The notes beneath the pieces were generated by a model. The model saw nothing but the letters and a program-made list of their open reading frames with translations. It was not told where the DNA came from and did not search any database. DNA of 36,898 nt from Candidatus Fervidifonticultor quintus (GTDB taxonomy: Bacteria; Sysuimicrobiota; Sysuimicrobiia; Sysuimicrobiales; Humicultoraceae). How positions within the stretch are numbered: position 1 is the first letter of the stretch; each line of letters opens with the position of its first letter. Shown piece after piece: positions 26,089-35,870 of the stretch. The stretch is taken from NCBI GenBank assembly GCA_031459535.1, contig JAVKIJ010000024.1, forward strand, positions 1 through 36,898, written 5' to 3'. A program made the position numbers and the translations under genes.

Positions 26089-26615
26089 CCCGCGAAGTCC
26101 TCCCAGCTCCGATCCTTGGCCGACACAATCTCGATCGGGCCTGGCCACGCAATGGCCAGAGCGGGGTCATCGTACCGAATGCCGCGTTCGAACCCGGGCG
26201 CGTAAAACTGTGACACTTGGTAAGTAATCTCGGTCTCGTCTTCCAGCGTCAGATATCCATGGGCGAAGCCTTCGGGAACGAAGAGCATCCGATAGGTCGC
26301 TTGCGCTAGCTCCACCCCGAACCACCGCCGGTAGGTGGGCGAATCTCGGCGAAGGTCCACAACGACATCGTACGCGCGTCCCGCCGTGCATCTGACGAGC
26401 TTCGCCTCCTGGTACGGGGGGGCCTGATAGTGCAGGCCGCGCAGCGTACCCTTCTTGCGGCTGTAGGCCACGTTGGTCTGGACAAACTGGGCCGTCAGTC
26501 CACGCTCGGCGAACTCTCGCTGGCACCAGGCCCGCGCGAAGAACCCTCGTTCGTCCCAAGTCCGCTCCAGCTCCACCACGTATGCCCCAGGAAGCGGCGT
26601 TTCCTGAAAGATCAT
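26085..26615 (-). CDS. rfbC: NDP-4-keto-sugar 3,5-epimerase (RmlC/RfbC cupin)
   Basis: DERGFF, GTLRGLHYQ, KLVRC, PEGFAHG motifs. Confidence 0.92.
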   Translation of the reverse strand: MIFQETPLPGAYVVELERTWDERGFFARAWCQREFAERGLTAQFVQTNVAYSRKKGTLRGLHYQAPPYQEAKLVRCTAGRAYDVVVDLRRDSPTYRRWFGVELAQATYRMLFVPEGFAHGYLTLEDETEITYQVSQFYAPGFERGIRYDDPALAIAWPGPIEIVSAKDRSWEDFAG

Positions 26616-26619
26616 GGTG

Positions 26620-27432
26620 TCAACGCCCTACGCCGGCCGGGGCGACCTGTTCACGACGTTTCTCCCAGATCTTCCACGGCGCCGCCCCTGAGTTCCACAA
26701 CTCCTCCAGGTAGTTCCGCTCCTTGATAGTGTCCATACACGACCAGAACCCGTAGTGGCGGAACCCCATCAGTTGCCCGTCTCGCGCAAGGCGGACCACC
26801 GGTTCCCGCTCCCACACCGAGCTGTCACCGTCGATATATTCGAAGACGCCTGGGTTGAGCACGCAGAATCCACCGTTGATCCACCCCTCGCTGCTCTCGG
26901 GTTTCTCGTAGAACTCCGCGACGCGGTCCCCATCGAAGGAGATCCGCCCGAAACGGGCCGGCGTGCGGACGGTCGTCACTGTCGCCAGCTTGCCATGGGA
27001 CCTGTGGAACCGGAGCAGGCCGGCGATGTCGAGATCGGCCACACCATCGCCGTACGTGAACATGAACGCTTCCTCGTGTTCAAGCCACCTCTGAAGTCGT
27101 TTCAACCGTCCACCTGTCTGTGTGTACAGTCCGGTGTCGATCAGGTGGACCTTCCACGGCAGCCGATTGCCATCGTGCACGATCGTCTCGCCCGTGGAGA
27201 GATCTATGGAGATATCGTTGTTCATGGCGAAGAAATTGAGGAAGTAGGTCTTGATCACTTCGGCCTTGTAGCCCAACGCGATCAAGAATTCGTTGATCCC
27301 ATAGGTCGAATAGATGTGCATGATGTGCCACAGGATTGGCCGACCGCCTACCTCTACCATTGGCTTCGGTCGCAGGGCCGTCTCTTCGGAGAGACGTGAG
27401 CCAAACCCACCCGCAAGAATCACGGCCTTCAT
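26620..27432 (-). CDS. rfbF: Glucose-1-phosphate cytidylyltransferase
   Basis: MKAVILAGGFGSRLSEET..PKPMVE, TGGRLKR, TYGDGVAD, FWSCMDT. Start at ATG 27432. Confidence 0.95.
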   Translation of the reverse strand: MKAVILAGGFGSRLSEETALRPKPMVEVGGRPILWHIMHIYSTYGINEFLIALGYKAEVIKTYFLNFFAMNNDISIDLSTGETIVHDGNRLPWKVHLIDTGLYTQTGGRLKRLQRWLEHEEAFMFTYGDGVADLDIAGLLRFHRSHGKLATVTTVRTPARFGRISFDGDRVAEFYEKPESSEGWINGGFCVLNPGVFEYIDGDSSVWEREPVVRLARDGQLMGFRHYGFWSCMDTIKERNYLEELWNSGAAPWKIWEKRREQVAPAGVGR

Positions 27433-27495
27433 CCTCTCGCCTCCCCTCATGCATTCTCGGCTCCGCGCCACGCGTTCGCTGAAACCGCAAGTACC

Positions 27496-28680
27496 TTACA
27501 CACGCGCCCACCGAATCCAGGCCGCCGTGCGTCGCATTCCCTCATTGAAATCCACCCGGGGCTGGTACGCCAGCAACCGGCGGGCCTTGTCGATGCTGAA
27601 CACCACATTGACCGTATACATCTGCACGTCATCCTCGTCCGGAAGGTAGGGAGCTGGTTCCGCGCGTCCCGCACCATTGCGGCCGGGCGTGGACTGATGG
27701 CGCACGAAGGCCCGCAACCGCCGCCGGAGCATGGCGGGCAACATTACCCTCGCGGCCGCACGCCCGTAGCGCTCTGCGCGCGCCAGCGCTGGAATTGACC
27801 GCAAGGCTCTCCGGACCCGAGGGTCTGCCACCAGTCGCGCCACCTGCCTCACTGACGACACCGATGCCTGTCTCGTCGCCTTCCGGGCCAGTGCGATCTC
27901 TTCGACCGTGCGCTCGGGCAGTGGGAGGTAGCCGTCGCCCAGCGCCCGGGCGTGGGCTTCCATGTACTCTCGCCACGTCACCGGCCGTGCGTCCGAAATG
28001 TGGAAGATTTCTCCGGCGGCCTGCTCCCTGTCAGCAGCCAGGAACATGGCGTCGACCAAGTTATCGACGTACAGCGCGTTGCAGATGCCCGTGCCTCCAT
28101 TGACCAGAACCATGCGCCCCGCTCGGATTTCCTTGACCGGTAACTCCGTCCAACGGGTGCCAAACGGACCGTAGACGATCGTTGGGCGCAGCACGGTGAC
28201 GCCAACGCCGTATCGCCGCCCATGCTCCAGGATCGCGCGCTCGGCGTCGATCTTCCCATCGCAGTAGGGGTTGCCCGTATACACCAGCGGTGCGTCTTCT
28301 GTCGCCGCTCCAGGGCGGGGCGCGTAACCGTGCACCGCGATACTGCTTAGATACACCACGCGACGTATCCCGGCGGCGTGCGCCGCCCGCATGACGTTAA
28401 CCGTGCCGTCCGTGTTGAGGCGCCGATGTCGCTCCCATGGAACAGCAAAATCCACCGCGCAGTGAAAGACCACTTCACATCCCTTCATGGCCTCCAGGAG
28501 TGATTCCGGTTGCTGGATGTCGCCGTGTACGAACCGCACCGGGAACCGCGCGAGGCGCGCCGCCTTGTGCCACGTGCGCACCAGACACGTCACATCGTTG
28601 CCGCGAGCGACAGCCACTTCGGTCAGCCGGCCGCCAATGAACCCTGTGGCGCCGGTCACACAGACGCGCCGTCTATCCAT
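27496..28680 (-). CDS. NAD-dependent epimerase/dehydratase (extended SDR), copy 1
   Basis: GATGFIG, YLSSIAV, YCDGK, LRPTIVYGP. Confidence 0.9.
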   Translation of the reverse strand: MDRRRVCVTGATGFIGGRLTEVAVARGNDVTCLVRTWHKAARLARFPVRFVHGDIQQPESLLEAMKGCEVVFHCAVDFAVPWERHRRLNTDGTVNVMRAAHAAGIRRVVYLSSIAVHGYAPRPGAATEDAPLVYTGNPYCDGKIDAERAILEHGRRYGVGVTVLRPTIVYGPFGTRWTELPVKEIRAGRMVLVNGGTGICNALYVDNLVDAMFLAADREQAAGEIFHISDARPVTWREYMEAHARALGDGYLPLPERTVEEIALARKATRQASVSSVRQVARLVADPRVRRALRSIPALARAERYGRAAARVMLPAMLRRRLRAFVRHQSTPGRNGAGRAEPAPYLPDEDDVQMYTVNVVFSIDKARRLLAYQPRVDFNEGMRRTAAWIRWARV

Positions 28681-29770
28681 CGACCGACACGGTCGCCCGT
28701 TCGCTCTCCAGCCAGGGGAATTCCAGGGGCTGACGCGCGCGGTAGCAGGCCTCGATCCACTTCACCGCCCGCAACCCGTCAGCTGCCGAAACCGGAGCTG
28801 GACCGCCTGTGGCAACGGCCCGCGCGAAGGCGCGCAACTGGTCGGCGAAGACGTCCTCCCACGACTGCAGCGGCGCCACCGACCGGTCGGGTACCAGCAC
28901 CATCCGCCCGCGTACGTCACTGGTCGGCCACAGTCGTACCTCACCCCGCCGGTGGTTGAGCCCGTACTCCATGGAGAATCGCTCCCCAATAATGCGTACG
29001 CTGTTCCACAACCCACGAAGGCGACTCAACACCGCGTGCCCCGCTATCAGGCCGTCAGCACCACGCAACACCAGGGAGATCTCACACTCGGCCTCCACGC
29101 CGCCCCGGGCGTCGTCCCAGTACTCTAGCGCCAGCGGCTCGCCCATCCACCAGCACAACAGGTCGAGCACGTGCGGGCCGGCATCGATCAGCACGCCCCC
29201 GCCCGCTTGTTCCCGATCCCAGATGAACCCTGAGGCCACCGGCCAGTCGAACACACTCCCCCACTCCACAGAGATGCGCCGTATCGGCCCCAGCCAGCCT
29301 TCCTCGAGCCATTGCTTGATCATTCGTGCGCCGCGGCAGAAACGGTAGACGTGGCCGATCTGGAGCAACACGCCTGTTCGCTCCGCGAGTACCACGATGG
29401 CCCGTGCGTCTTCCACAGTTGCCGCCAGCGGCTTCTCCAATAGGACCGGGATGCCGCGTCGGAGACATTCACCGGCCACGGCGCGGTGGTAGCGATTAGG
29501 AACGGCGACGATCGCACCATCCAGTCCGTCGGGGAGCTGCCCAACATCCGCGGCGCAGTGGCCGACGCCGAACCGCCGGGCGAGGCCTTGCGCGCGCTCA
29601 AGGCTGGTATCGACAAGTGACACAACCTCGATCTGGCGGACCTGCTTCGCCGCCGGAAGGTGACACCACTCCGCAACGGCGCCACAACCAACGACCGCCA
29701 TGCGCAAGCGCCGAACCCGTCCTCCCATGTCGCCTGGGGCCGGCGGCTGCGTGGCCGGTTCAGTGCTCAT
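28673..29770 (-). CDS. Gfo/Idh/MocA oxidoreductase, copy 1
   Basis: AVVGCG, VLLEKPLA, GGGVLIDAGPH (DxxxH). Confidence 0.92.
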   Translation of the reverse strand: MSTEPATQPPAPGDMGGRVRRLRMAVVGCGAVAEWCHLPAAKQVRQIEVVSLVDTSLERAQGLARRFGVGHCAADVGQLPDGLDGAIVAVPNRYHRAVAGECLRRGIPVLLEKPLAATVEDARAIVVLAERTGVLLQIGHVYRFCRGARMIKQWLEEGWLGPIRRISVEWGSVFDWPVASGFIWDREQAGGGVLIDAGPHVLDLLCWWMGEPLALEYWDDARGGVEAECEISLVLRGADGLIAGHAVLSRLRGLWNSVRIIGERFSMEYGLNHRRGEVRLWPTSDVRGRMVLVPDRSVAPLQSWEDVFADQLRAFARAVATGGPAPVSAADGLRAVKWIEACYRARQPLEFPWLESERATVSVDG

Positions 29771-31101
29771 CGGTCATGGGTCCGCACTGCGGACCACCTG
29801 CCAGACGCCGACGCGTGGCCACCCAGGTATGCAATCAACATGAACACGAACGGATACACCTGCACACGCTGCCTGGCCACGATGCCGAAGTTGGCCATGT
29901 TCGCAAAGAAGAACACGAACAAGAGCCCGTAGACCAGCACCATCACCAGATAGCTGTCCCGGCGCACCGCCAGGAGTGCCGCCTTGACACTGCGCCAGCG
30001 CAGCAGCACCAGGGCCAGCAGGCCCAGGCCTTCCAGGGCCGTCATCGAGGCGAACACCGTGTGCGCCTCCCAGGGGAAGGGCCGGAAGAGCACCGTGAGG
30101 GTGCCCAGGACGAATCCCACCGGGGTCCTCGGGTTGATGCGCGCAAATGCCGAGCCCCCCTGCTCTGTTTGTCCCCCGGCCCACTCGACGAACTCGAGCA
30201 CACCTTCCGTGGTCAGGCTCTCGAGCCTGATGAATCCAGCTGCCGTGCTGATCAAGCTTAGCGCCACGGGCACCAGCACCGCCAGACCTGCCAGGCGGAT
30301 CACCGGGCTCAGCACGCCGGCGCGGATCGGCCGAACGAGCATGGATGCGACCAGCGCCACGACGAACACCCCCACGATGTGCGGGCGCACCATGAGCATG
30401 CCCGCCACACCCAGCGCCAGCCACCACAAGCCAGGCACGTCGAGCCGCCGGTGGAGCCGTGCCGCGCCGTACGCGCCCATCCCCAGGGCCAGCACCATGA
30501 GCGCATCCTTCCCCAGGCTGCTGGTCCACAGCAGCATGGACGGATAGAGCAGAATCAGGGCCATGTAGAGGCGGCGGTTGCCGTCAGGAAACGCGACGGT
30601 GAAGGCCTTGTAGAAGCCCAGCATCCCCAGCAGCCCAAACCAGGCCCACAAGATCGTGGCTCCGTAGAGCGTGGGGCCCGTGATGAGATAGACCATCCCG
30701 GTCACGAGGCGCACGAAGCCCGTGCTCCAGTAGCGGTCCATGACCGGCCACTCACCGGCCGCCAGGGTCCTCGCGATGTCCTCCCCGAACTTGTCGTAGA
30801 CAAACGCGTCCGCCAGCAGACCCATGCGGAATCGCGAGTATGCCGCCACCAGCTTGAAGACGAAGCTGAGGATGAGGACGACCAGGAGCAGGGATCCCTC
30901 GGGATCGGACCGGGCCGCCGCCCAGAAGATGAGTAGCGACACCACGAGCAGCGTGCTCAGGACCACGGCGGCCCGCACCGTGGCCATGTCCTTGACGGAC
31001 ATCAGCGTGCCGATCCCCCAGGCCAGGGCCAGCGTGAGCCCCAGGACGGCCACGGCCCGCATGCGGTTCGCCTGCACGGGGCCGCTCGCCAGTGTGCTCA
31101 T
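29767..31101 (-). CDS. Polytopic membrane protein, Wzy/O-antigen-ligase/GT-C-like
   Basis: About 10-12 hydrophobic segments; DAFVYD, PSMLLWTSSLGKD, RPH, RPFPWE, NFGIVARQR. GGAGG RBS before ATG 31101. Confidence 0.7.
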   Translation of the reverse strand: MSTLASGPVQANRMRAVAVLGLTLALAWGIGTLMSVKDMATVRAAVVLSTLLVVSLLIFWAAARSDPEGSLLLVVLILSFVFKLVAAYSRFRMGLLADAFVYDKFGEDIARTLAAGEWPVMDRYWSTGFVRLVTGMVYLITGPTLYGATILWAWFGLLGMLGFYKAFTVAFPDGNRRLYMALILLYPSMLLWTSSLGKDALMVLALGMGAYGAARLHRRLDVPGLWWLALGVAGMLMVRPHIVGVFVVALVASMLVRPIRAGVLSPVIRLAGLAVLVPVALSLISTAAGFIRLESLTTEGVLEFVEWAGGQTEQGGSAFARINPRTPVGFVLGTLTVLFRPFPWEAHTVFASMTALEGLGLLALVLLRWRSVKAALLAVRRDSYLVMVLVYGLLFVFFFANMANFGIVARQRVQVYPFVFMLIAYLGGHASASGRWSAVRTHDR

Positions 31102-31136
31102 GCTGTCACCACCTCCGGCGTGACCAATGTGCAACC

Positions 31137-32156
31137 TCAGAAGAGTTCCAGGTCTCCCAGCGAGAGGGACCAGCGCCCGAGCCGTTCCGGTGAGATCTCG
31201 GCCCCGGCCGGCGTGAGCGGGCGGACGGTGAAGAACGGCCCGATGCGAGGCACGGGCACGAACCCGGCACGCACGAGCCCCCACCAATGGGCTGATCGGC
31301 GGGGAGCGTACGCCACCAGGTAGTCCGCGTCCGCAGCGGCCAGCACGCGACGCACCAGGGCGGGAACCTGGCCGGAAGCGCGACGGACCAGTACCTCGCA
31401 GAGGCGGACCTCTCGCAGCCCACGGCGGCGGTGGCAACGGAAAATCACTGCGGCCTCGAGCGCGTGATGGCCCCCGAGCCAGCACGCGAAATACGCCAAG
31501 GACGGCACGCGCGCATACCGCCAGCGCAGGTAGTCGGCGGACCGGCTCGTGCGAATCCATCCGGCGCGTTGCCGGTCGTCCTGCTCCAGCAACGCGTCCA
31601 CGTCGCCCCGCAGCCACTCACCGGCAGGCACGGCCGGAGACTGGACGGCGTCCGCCCCAGACTCCAGATGCCCCCTGCCCAGAAGCGCTCGCGCGATCCG
31701 CAGGGGACGAACCGGTCTGACCAGCAGAGACGGACGCCCGACCAGCGTCCACCCCAGTTTGAGGTAGCCGCGAAGGCTGATGGGGTTGGGCGTGTTGAAG
31801 ATCAGATCGACGCCCTCGTCGCGGGCTCGATCCACCGTCTGTCGCGTCAATGACGAGAAGACCCCGAGACGCCGATAGTCGGGATGGGTCGCCGTGTCCA
31901 CCGCGCGGATCGCCCGGATGGTCCGGTCCGCCGCGCGAAACCTCCACCGCAGGAAGGCCCGCAATCCGCAGACCTCCCCGTTGGCCGCCAGCATCATCAG
32001 CGACGGGCCAAAGGGGTTCTCGAAGTGCTTCCAGCGCCAGAACGCCGACGTCCGGTCGAACGCCCGGCCGCTCCCCAGCGCCATCTCCAGCAGGCGCAAC
32101 ACCGCTATCTCGTCATCCGGCCGGTACTCCCGGATGGTCGGCGCCACCGCGGTCAC
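31137..32156 (-). CDS. GNAT-family N-acyltransferase
   Basis: WKHFENPFG, AVDTATHPDYRRLGVF (motif A), TPN..GYLKLGW. Confidence 0.85.
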   Translation of the reverse strand: MTAVAPTIREYRPDDEIAVLRLLEMALGSGRAFDRTSAFWRWKHFENPFGPSLMMLAANGEVCGLRAFLRWRFRAADRTIRAIRAVDTATHPDYRRLGVFSSLTRQTVDRARDEGVDLIFNTPNPISLRGYLKLGWTLVGRPSLLVRPVRPLRIARALLGRGHLESGADAVQSPAVPAGEWLRGDVDALLEQDDRQRAGWIRTSRSADYLRWRYARVPSLAYFACWLGGHHALEAAVIFRCHRRRGLREVRLCEVLVRRASGQVPALVRRVLAAADADYLVAYAPRRSAHWWGLVRAGFVPVPRIGPFFTVRPLTPAGAEISPERLGRWSLSLGDLELF

Positions 32157-33277
32157 GGCGCCACCAGCTCCTCGTACACGCGCTCGACGGCCTTCACCAT
32201 CTCGGCCATCCCACCTTGCTCGAGGGCCCGCTGCCGTGCCTGCCTGCCCAACAACTGGCGGCGTGCGTCATCGCCCAACAGGGCCAGGGTCTCTCTGGCG
32301 AGCGCGTCGGGATCCCCGGGTTCGACCAGCAGTCCGGTCTCGCCGTGTGTGACGACCCCGGGCACCCCGCCCACGCGGGTGGCTACCACCGCTCGGCCCA
32401 GGGTCATGGCCTCCAGCAGCGCGATCGGCAGGCCTTCGTGCGTCGAGGACAGCACGAACACATCGGCAGCCGAGACCAGCGCCGTTGCGTCGGGGCGAAA
32501 ACCCGCGAAGACGAGCCGCCCGTCCAGTCCGGCGCGGCGCGCGTCGTCGGCCAGCTGCCCGGCCAGCGGGCCGGTCCCGATCACGAGGAAGCGCGCCCGG
32601 GGGTCCTGCTCGGTAACCCGCCGGGCGGCGGCCAGCAGGTAGCTGTGTCCTTTCTTCGGCACCAGGTTGGCCACGTTGACGACCAGCCTGGCGTCTTCGG
32701 GGAAGCCGAACTCCCGGCAGAGGTCGCCGCGTGAACGCGTGCTGGCACCAATCACGGCGGCATCCACCACATTGGGAATGGTCACCAGGCGGGGCCGACC
32801 GTTCCGGACGTACGGGCGGACTTGCGCCTCGACCTGCGCCGACACCGCGATCACGACATCGTTCAGGCGGTACGTGGCGGCATTGAACCGTCGCGTCAGG
32901 CGCCCGTACCTGGCCGGGGTGTTGTGCTCGGTGTACACGATCCCTCTGACCCGCGCCCGCGTCCTTGCCAGCCTGGCCAGCACTCCTGCCACGGGGAGAT
33001 GCGCGTGTACCAGCTCGACGGGTTCCCGCATCAGCAGTGCAACCAGGCGCCAGAGCACGCCCGCGTCCCAGGCTCTGGCGTACCCGAGGCAGTGAACGGG
33101 AATGCCGGCAGCCTGGAACGCAGGGACCAGCGCGTCCTTCCATGGGAGGAGATACGCGATCCTGTAGTCGAACCGGGTGCGGTCGAGATACGGGATGGCC
33201 CGCTCCAGCAGCCGTTCAGCGCCGCCGACTCCAAGGCCCTTGACCAGGATCAGGACGCGGGTGCGCACCGGGCTCAT
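32153..33277 (-). CDS. Glycosyltransferase family 4
   Basis: GVGGAE, YTEH, KKG, EGLPIALLEAM. Confidence 0.93.
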   Translation of the reverse strand: MSPVRTRVLILVKGLGVGGAERLLERAIPYLDRTRFDYRIAYLLPWKDALVPAFQAAGIPVHCLGYARAWDAGVLWRLVALLMREPVELVHAHLPVAGVLARLARTRARVRGIVYTEHNTPARYGRLTRRFNAATYRLNDVVIAVSAQVEAQVRPYVRNGRPRLVTIPNVVDAAVIGASTRSRGDLCREFGFPEDARLVVNVANLVPKKGHSYLLAAARRVTEQDPRARFLVIGTGPLAGQLADDARRAGLDGRLVFAGFRPDATALVSAADVFVLSSTHEGLPIALLEAMTLGRAVVATRVGGVPGVVTHGETGLLVEPGDPDALARETLALLGDDARRQLLGRQARQRALEQGGMAEMVKAVERVYEELVAP

Positions 33278-34407
33278 CCTGCTCGGGCGAGCAACTGCTC
33301 GTACGCCTCTTGGTAGGATCGTGCGACCATGCCGATCCGGAATCGCCGGTACTGTCGCCGCGCGGCCTGACCCATGGTCAGCCGGCGTGCGGGATCGCGG
33401 ACCAGCATCGCCGCCGCTCGCACGAGCCCGGCGACATCTCCTGGGGAGACCAGGAGTCCCGTCGTCCCGTCCTCGACGATCTCCGAAAGGCCCCCAACGT
33501 CGTAAGCGACCGCCGGTACGCCTGCCAGGCCGGCCTCGATCACGGCAGCCGGCATGCCCTCACTGTGGCTGGGCAGCACGTACACGTCGGCAGCGGCCAG
33601 ATAGGACCCGAGCCCGAGAGAAGGCTGGACGAGGCTCACCGCGTCCTGCACACCCCGCCGACGTATGGCCGCGTGCAGACCGGCGCGCAGCGGCCCCTCG
33701 CCAACGATGGCGCCTCGCACCGGCAGCCCCTGGCCCCGGCAGGCGGCGACCAGCTCCACGAGTCCTTCGGGGTTCTTCTCGGCGGTCAGGCTACCGACCG
33801 TCACGAGGAGGCAGTCGGTCTCACCCACGCCGAGCGTCGCGCGCACCAGATCACGATCGCCCGGGCCGGCCTGAAGGCGCGCGGGCTCAACCCCGTTGGG
33901 CACCACGGTCACCTTGTGCGGGTCAATCCGGCTGACCTCGACCAGGTCGCGTGCCACGGCCTGGCAGACGGCTATGACCAGGTCGGCCTGATTGAACAAC
34001 CACCGGTAGACCGCCGCCTTGACCCATCCTTTCCGCCAGAAGGACCCCATCCCGATTGCCCGGTAGACCAGCGGCCAGCGCCCGCGGCCCAATTGCCGGG
34101 CCGCCACGAGGTGCTTGAGGGTCCCCGCGCCGTTGGCCTGGACGACCTGACGCCCTCCGGCGCCGATCGCCTCGCGGAGCCTCCAGACGACCCGCGCGTC
34201 CAGTCCCGGCATCCTGGGTCTCGCCGAAGCCACGTGCAGCGGCACTCCGGCCTGCGCGGCCGCCGCCGCGTACGCAGCGTCGACGTCCGCCATGCTCAGC
34301 ACGGACGCGCGCCACCCGCGCTGGATCAGAGCCCGAGAGAGATCGAGGGCGAAGACCTCCGCGCCGCGCAGTTGCCCCTGCTGGATCACTTGCAGGACGT
34401 GGGTCAC
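33274..34407 (-). CDS. Glycosyltransferase family 4
   Basis: RGAE, VPNGV, EKN, EGMPAAVIEA. Confidence 0.92.
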   Translation of the reverse strand: MTHVLQVIQQGQLRGAEVFALDLSRALIQRGWRASVLSMADVDAAYAAAAAQAGVPLHVASARPRMPGLDARVVWRLREAIGAGGRQVVQANGAGTLKHLVAARQLGRGRWPLVYRAIGMGSFWRKGWVKAAVYRWLFNQADLVIAVCQAVARDLVEVSRIDPHKVTVVPNGVEPARLQAGPGDRDLVRATLGVGETDCLLVTVGSLTAEKNPEGLVELVAACRGQGLPVRGAIVGEGPLRAGLHAAIRRRGVQDAVSLVQPSLGLGSYLAAADVYVLPSHSEGMPAAVIEAGLAGVPAVAYDVGGLSEIVEDGTTGLLVSPGDVAGLVRAAAMLVRDPARRLTMGQAARRQYRRFRIGMVARSYQEAYEQLLARAG

Positions 34408-35759
34408 TACAGCTTCACGATCTTGGCCGACCCGCCGGTGATGCCTCGTGTGGCGTTCCGCGTATCGACCACCAGCCTGGCGTGGCGCGCCAGCCAGCGG
34501 TAGTCAAAGCACGAGTGATCGGCCACGATCAACGCGCAGTCCACCTGGCGCAGCGTCGCCGGGGTCAGCGGACGGCTGGTGTAGGTCTGCCCGCCCACCG
34601 TGAGCCGTGGGACGTAGGGATCGTGGTATGAAACCCGGGCCCCGTGCTGGGCCAGGAGCTCGATGATCTTGAGCGCCGGCGAGCCCCGATAGTCATCGAT
34701 ATCCCGCTTGAACGTGACACCCAGCACGAGGACCCGCGGCCCGGGGCGATGCGCTCGCTGGCCGTTTGTCGCCAGCAGCGTCTTCGTCACCACGTAGTAC
34801 GGCATCTCTTCGTTGACGCGGGCGGCCAGCTCGATGAAGTCCATGTGGAAGTCGTACTCCCGGGCCTTCCAGGCTAGGTAGTAGGGGTCGACCGGAATGC
34901 AGTGGCCGCCGACGCCAGGGCCGGGGTGGAACGGCATGAAGCCGTAGGGCTTCGTGGCCGCCGCGTCCACGATCTCCCAGATGTCGAGCCCCATGCGGTC
35001 GCAGAGCATCGCGAGTTGGTTCACCAGGGCAATGTTCACGTTGCGGAAGACGTTCTCGAGCAGCTTGGCCATCTCGGCGGCCGCAGGCGATGACACGGCG
35101 ACGACAGACGGCCCCAGTGCCTCCATCACCAGGCCGGCCCGCCGCGTACTCTCCGCATCCACACCGCCCACGATCACCGGCGTGTTTTCCACCGTGTAGT
35201 CGCGCCGGCCGGGATCGATGCGCTCGGGCGCAAACGCCAGGAAGAAGTCGCGGCCGGCTGCGAACCCACCGGACTCGAGGATGGGGAGCACGAGCTCCTC
35301 GGTGGTCCCCGGATAGCTCGTACTGCGCAGGATGATCAATTGACCGGGGCGCAACTGCTGCGCGATGCCTCGCGCCGCCGCCGCGATACTGGACGTATCG
35401 GGCTGCTTGTTCCGGGTGCAGGGCGTTGGGACACAGATGAACACCACGTCGGCCCGCGACAGCCCGGCATAGGACGCGTCAGTTTTCAGATGCCCCGACA
35501 CCACCACACCGGCGAGTTCGGCAGCCGGCACGTCGTCAATGGGCGACTCGTGGCGCGCGAGCATCTCGACGCGGGACGTATCGATGTCAACTCCCAGCAC
35601 CCGGAATCCCGCGCGGGCGTAGGCGACGGCCAGTGGCAACCCCACGTAGCCCAAACCGATGACGGCGATCCGCGCCTGGCGGCTCCGCACGAGCTCGTCG
35701 AACTGGGCCCGGGTCGGCACCGCGGGCGACTCGATCAGGATTGTCGGATGTCCGGACAT
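34407..35759 (-). CDS. UDP-N-acetylhexosamine 6-dehydrogenase (WbpA/TviB/WecC-like)
   Basis: GLGYVGLP, CVPTP, STSYPGTTEE, PERIDPG, KLLEN, GVGGHCIPVDP. Start at ATG 35759. Confidence 0.93.
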   Translation of the reverse strand: MSGHPTILIESPAVPTRAQFDELVRSRQARIAVIGLGYVGLPLAVAYARAGFRVLGVDIDTSRVEMLARHESPIDDVPAAELAGVVVSGHLKTDASYAGLSRADVVFICVPTPCTRNKQPDTSSIAAAARGIAQQLRPGQLIILRSTSYPGTTEELVLPILESGGFAAGRDFFLAFAPERIDPGRRDYTVENTPVIVGGVDAESTRRAGLVMEALGPSVVAVSSPAAAEMAKLLENVFRNVNIALVNQLAMLCDRMGLDIWEIVDAAATKPYGFMPFHPGPGVGGHCIPVDPYYLAWKAREYDFHMDFIELAARVNEEMPYYVVTKTLLATNGQRAHRPGPRVLVLGVTFKRDIDDYRGSPALKIIELLAQHGARVSYHDPYVPRLTVGGQTYTSRPLTPATLRQVDCALIVADHSCFDYRWLARHARLVVDTRNATRGITGGSAKIVKL

Positions 35760-35870
35760 AGCTCCGCCGCTCCCGATGCGCATCCCTCTCGGCGGGGACG
35801 ATCGGGCAATCTGGTGACCCTGCTGTCTCGACCAACGGCGCGACCCCATGAGAAGGGTCGGCCTAGGCGC
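35760..35870 (-). promoter_or_regulatory. Structured intergenic leader between the NusG paralog and the first biosynthetic gene
   Basis: Minus-strand hairpins CGACCC-N8-GGGTCG and CCCGAT.CGTCCC-N8-GGGATG.cgc.ATCGGG. A regulatory function is inferred from position only. Confidence 0.45.

Noticed and set aside
31102-31617. Long N-terminal extension of the 616-aa ORF (and similar extensions of 13031..14971, 24039..25238, 34407..35849)
   Set aside because: These overlap upstream genes or leaders and lack family similarity. Downstream starts have a better RBS or stop-start coupling.
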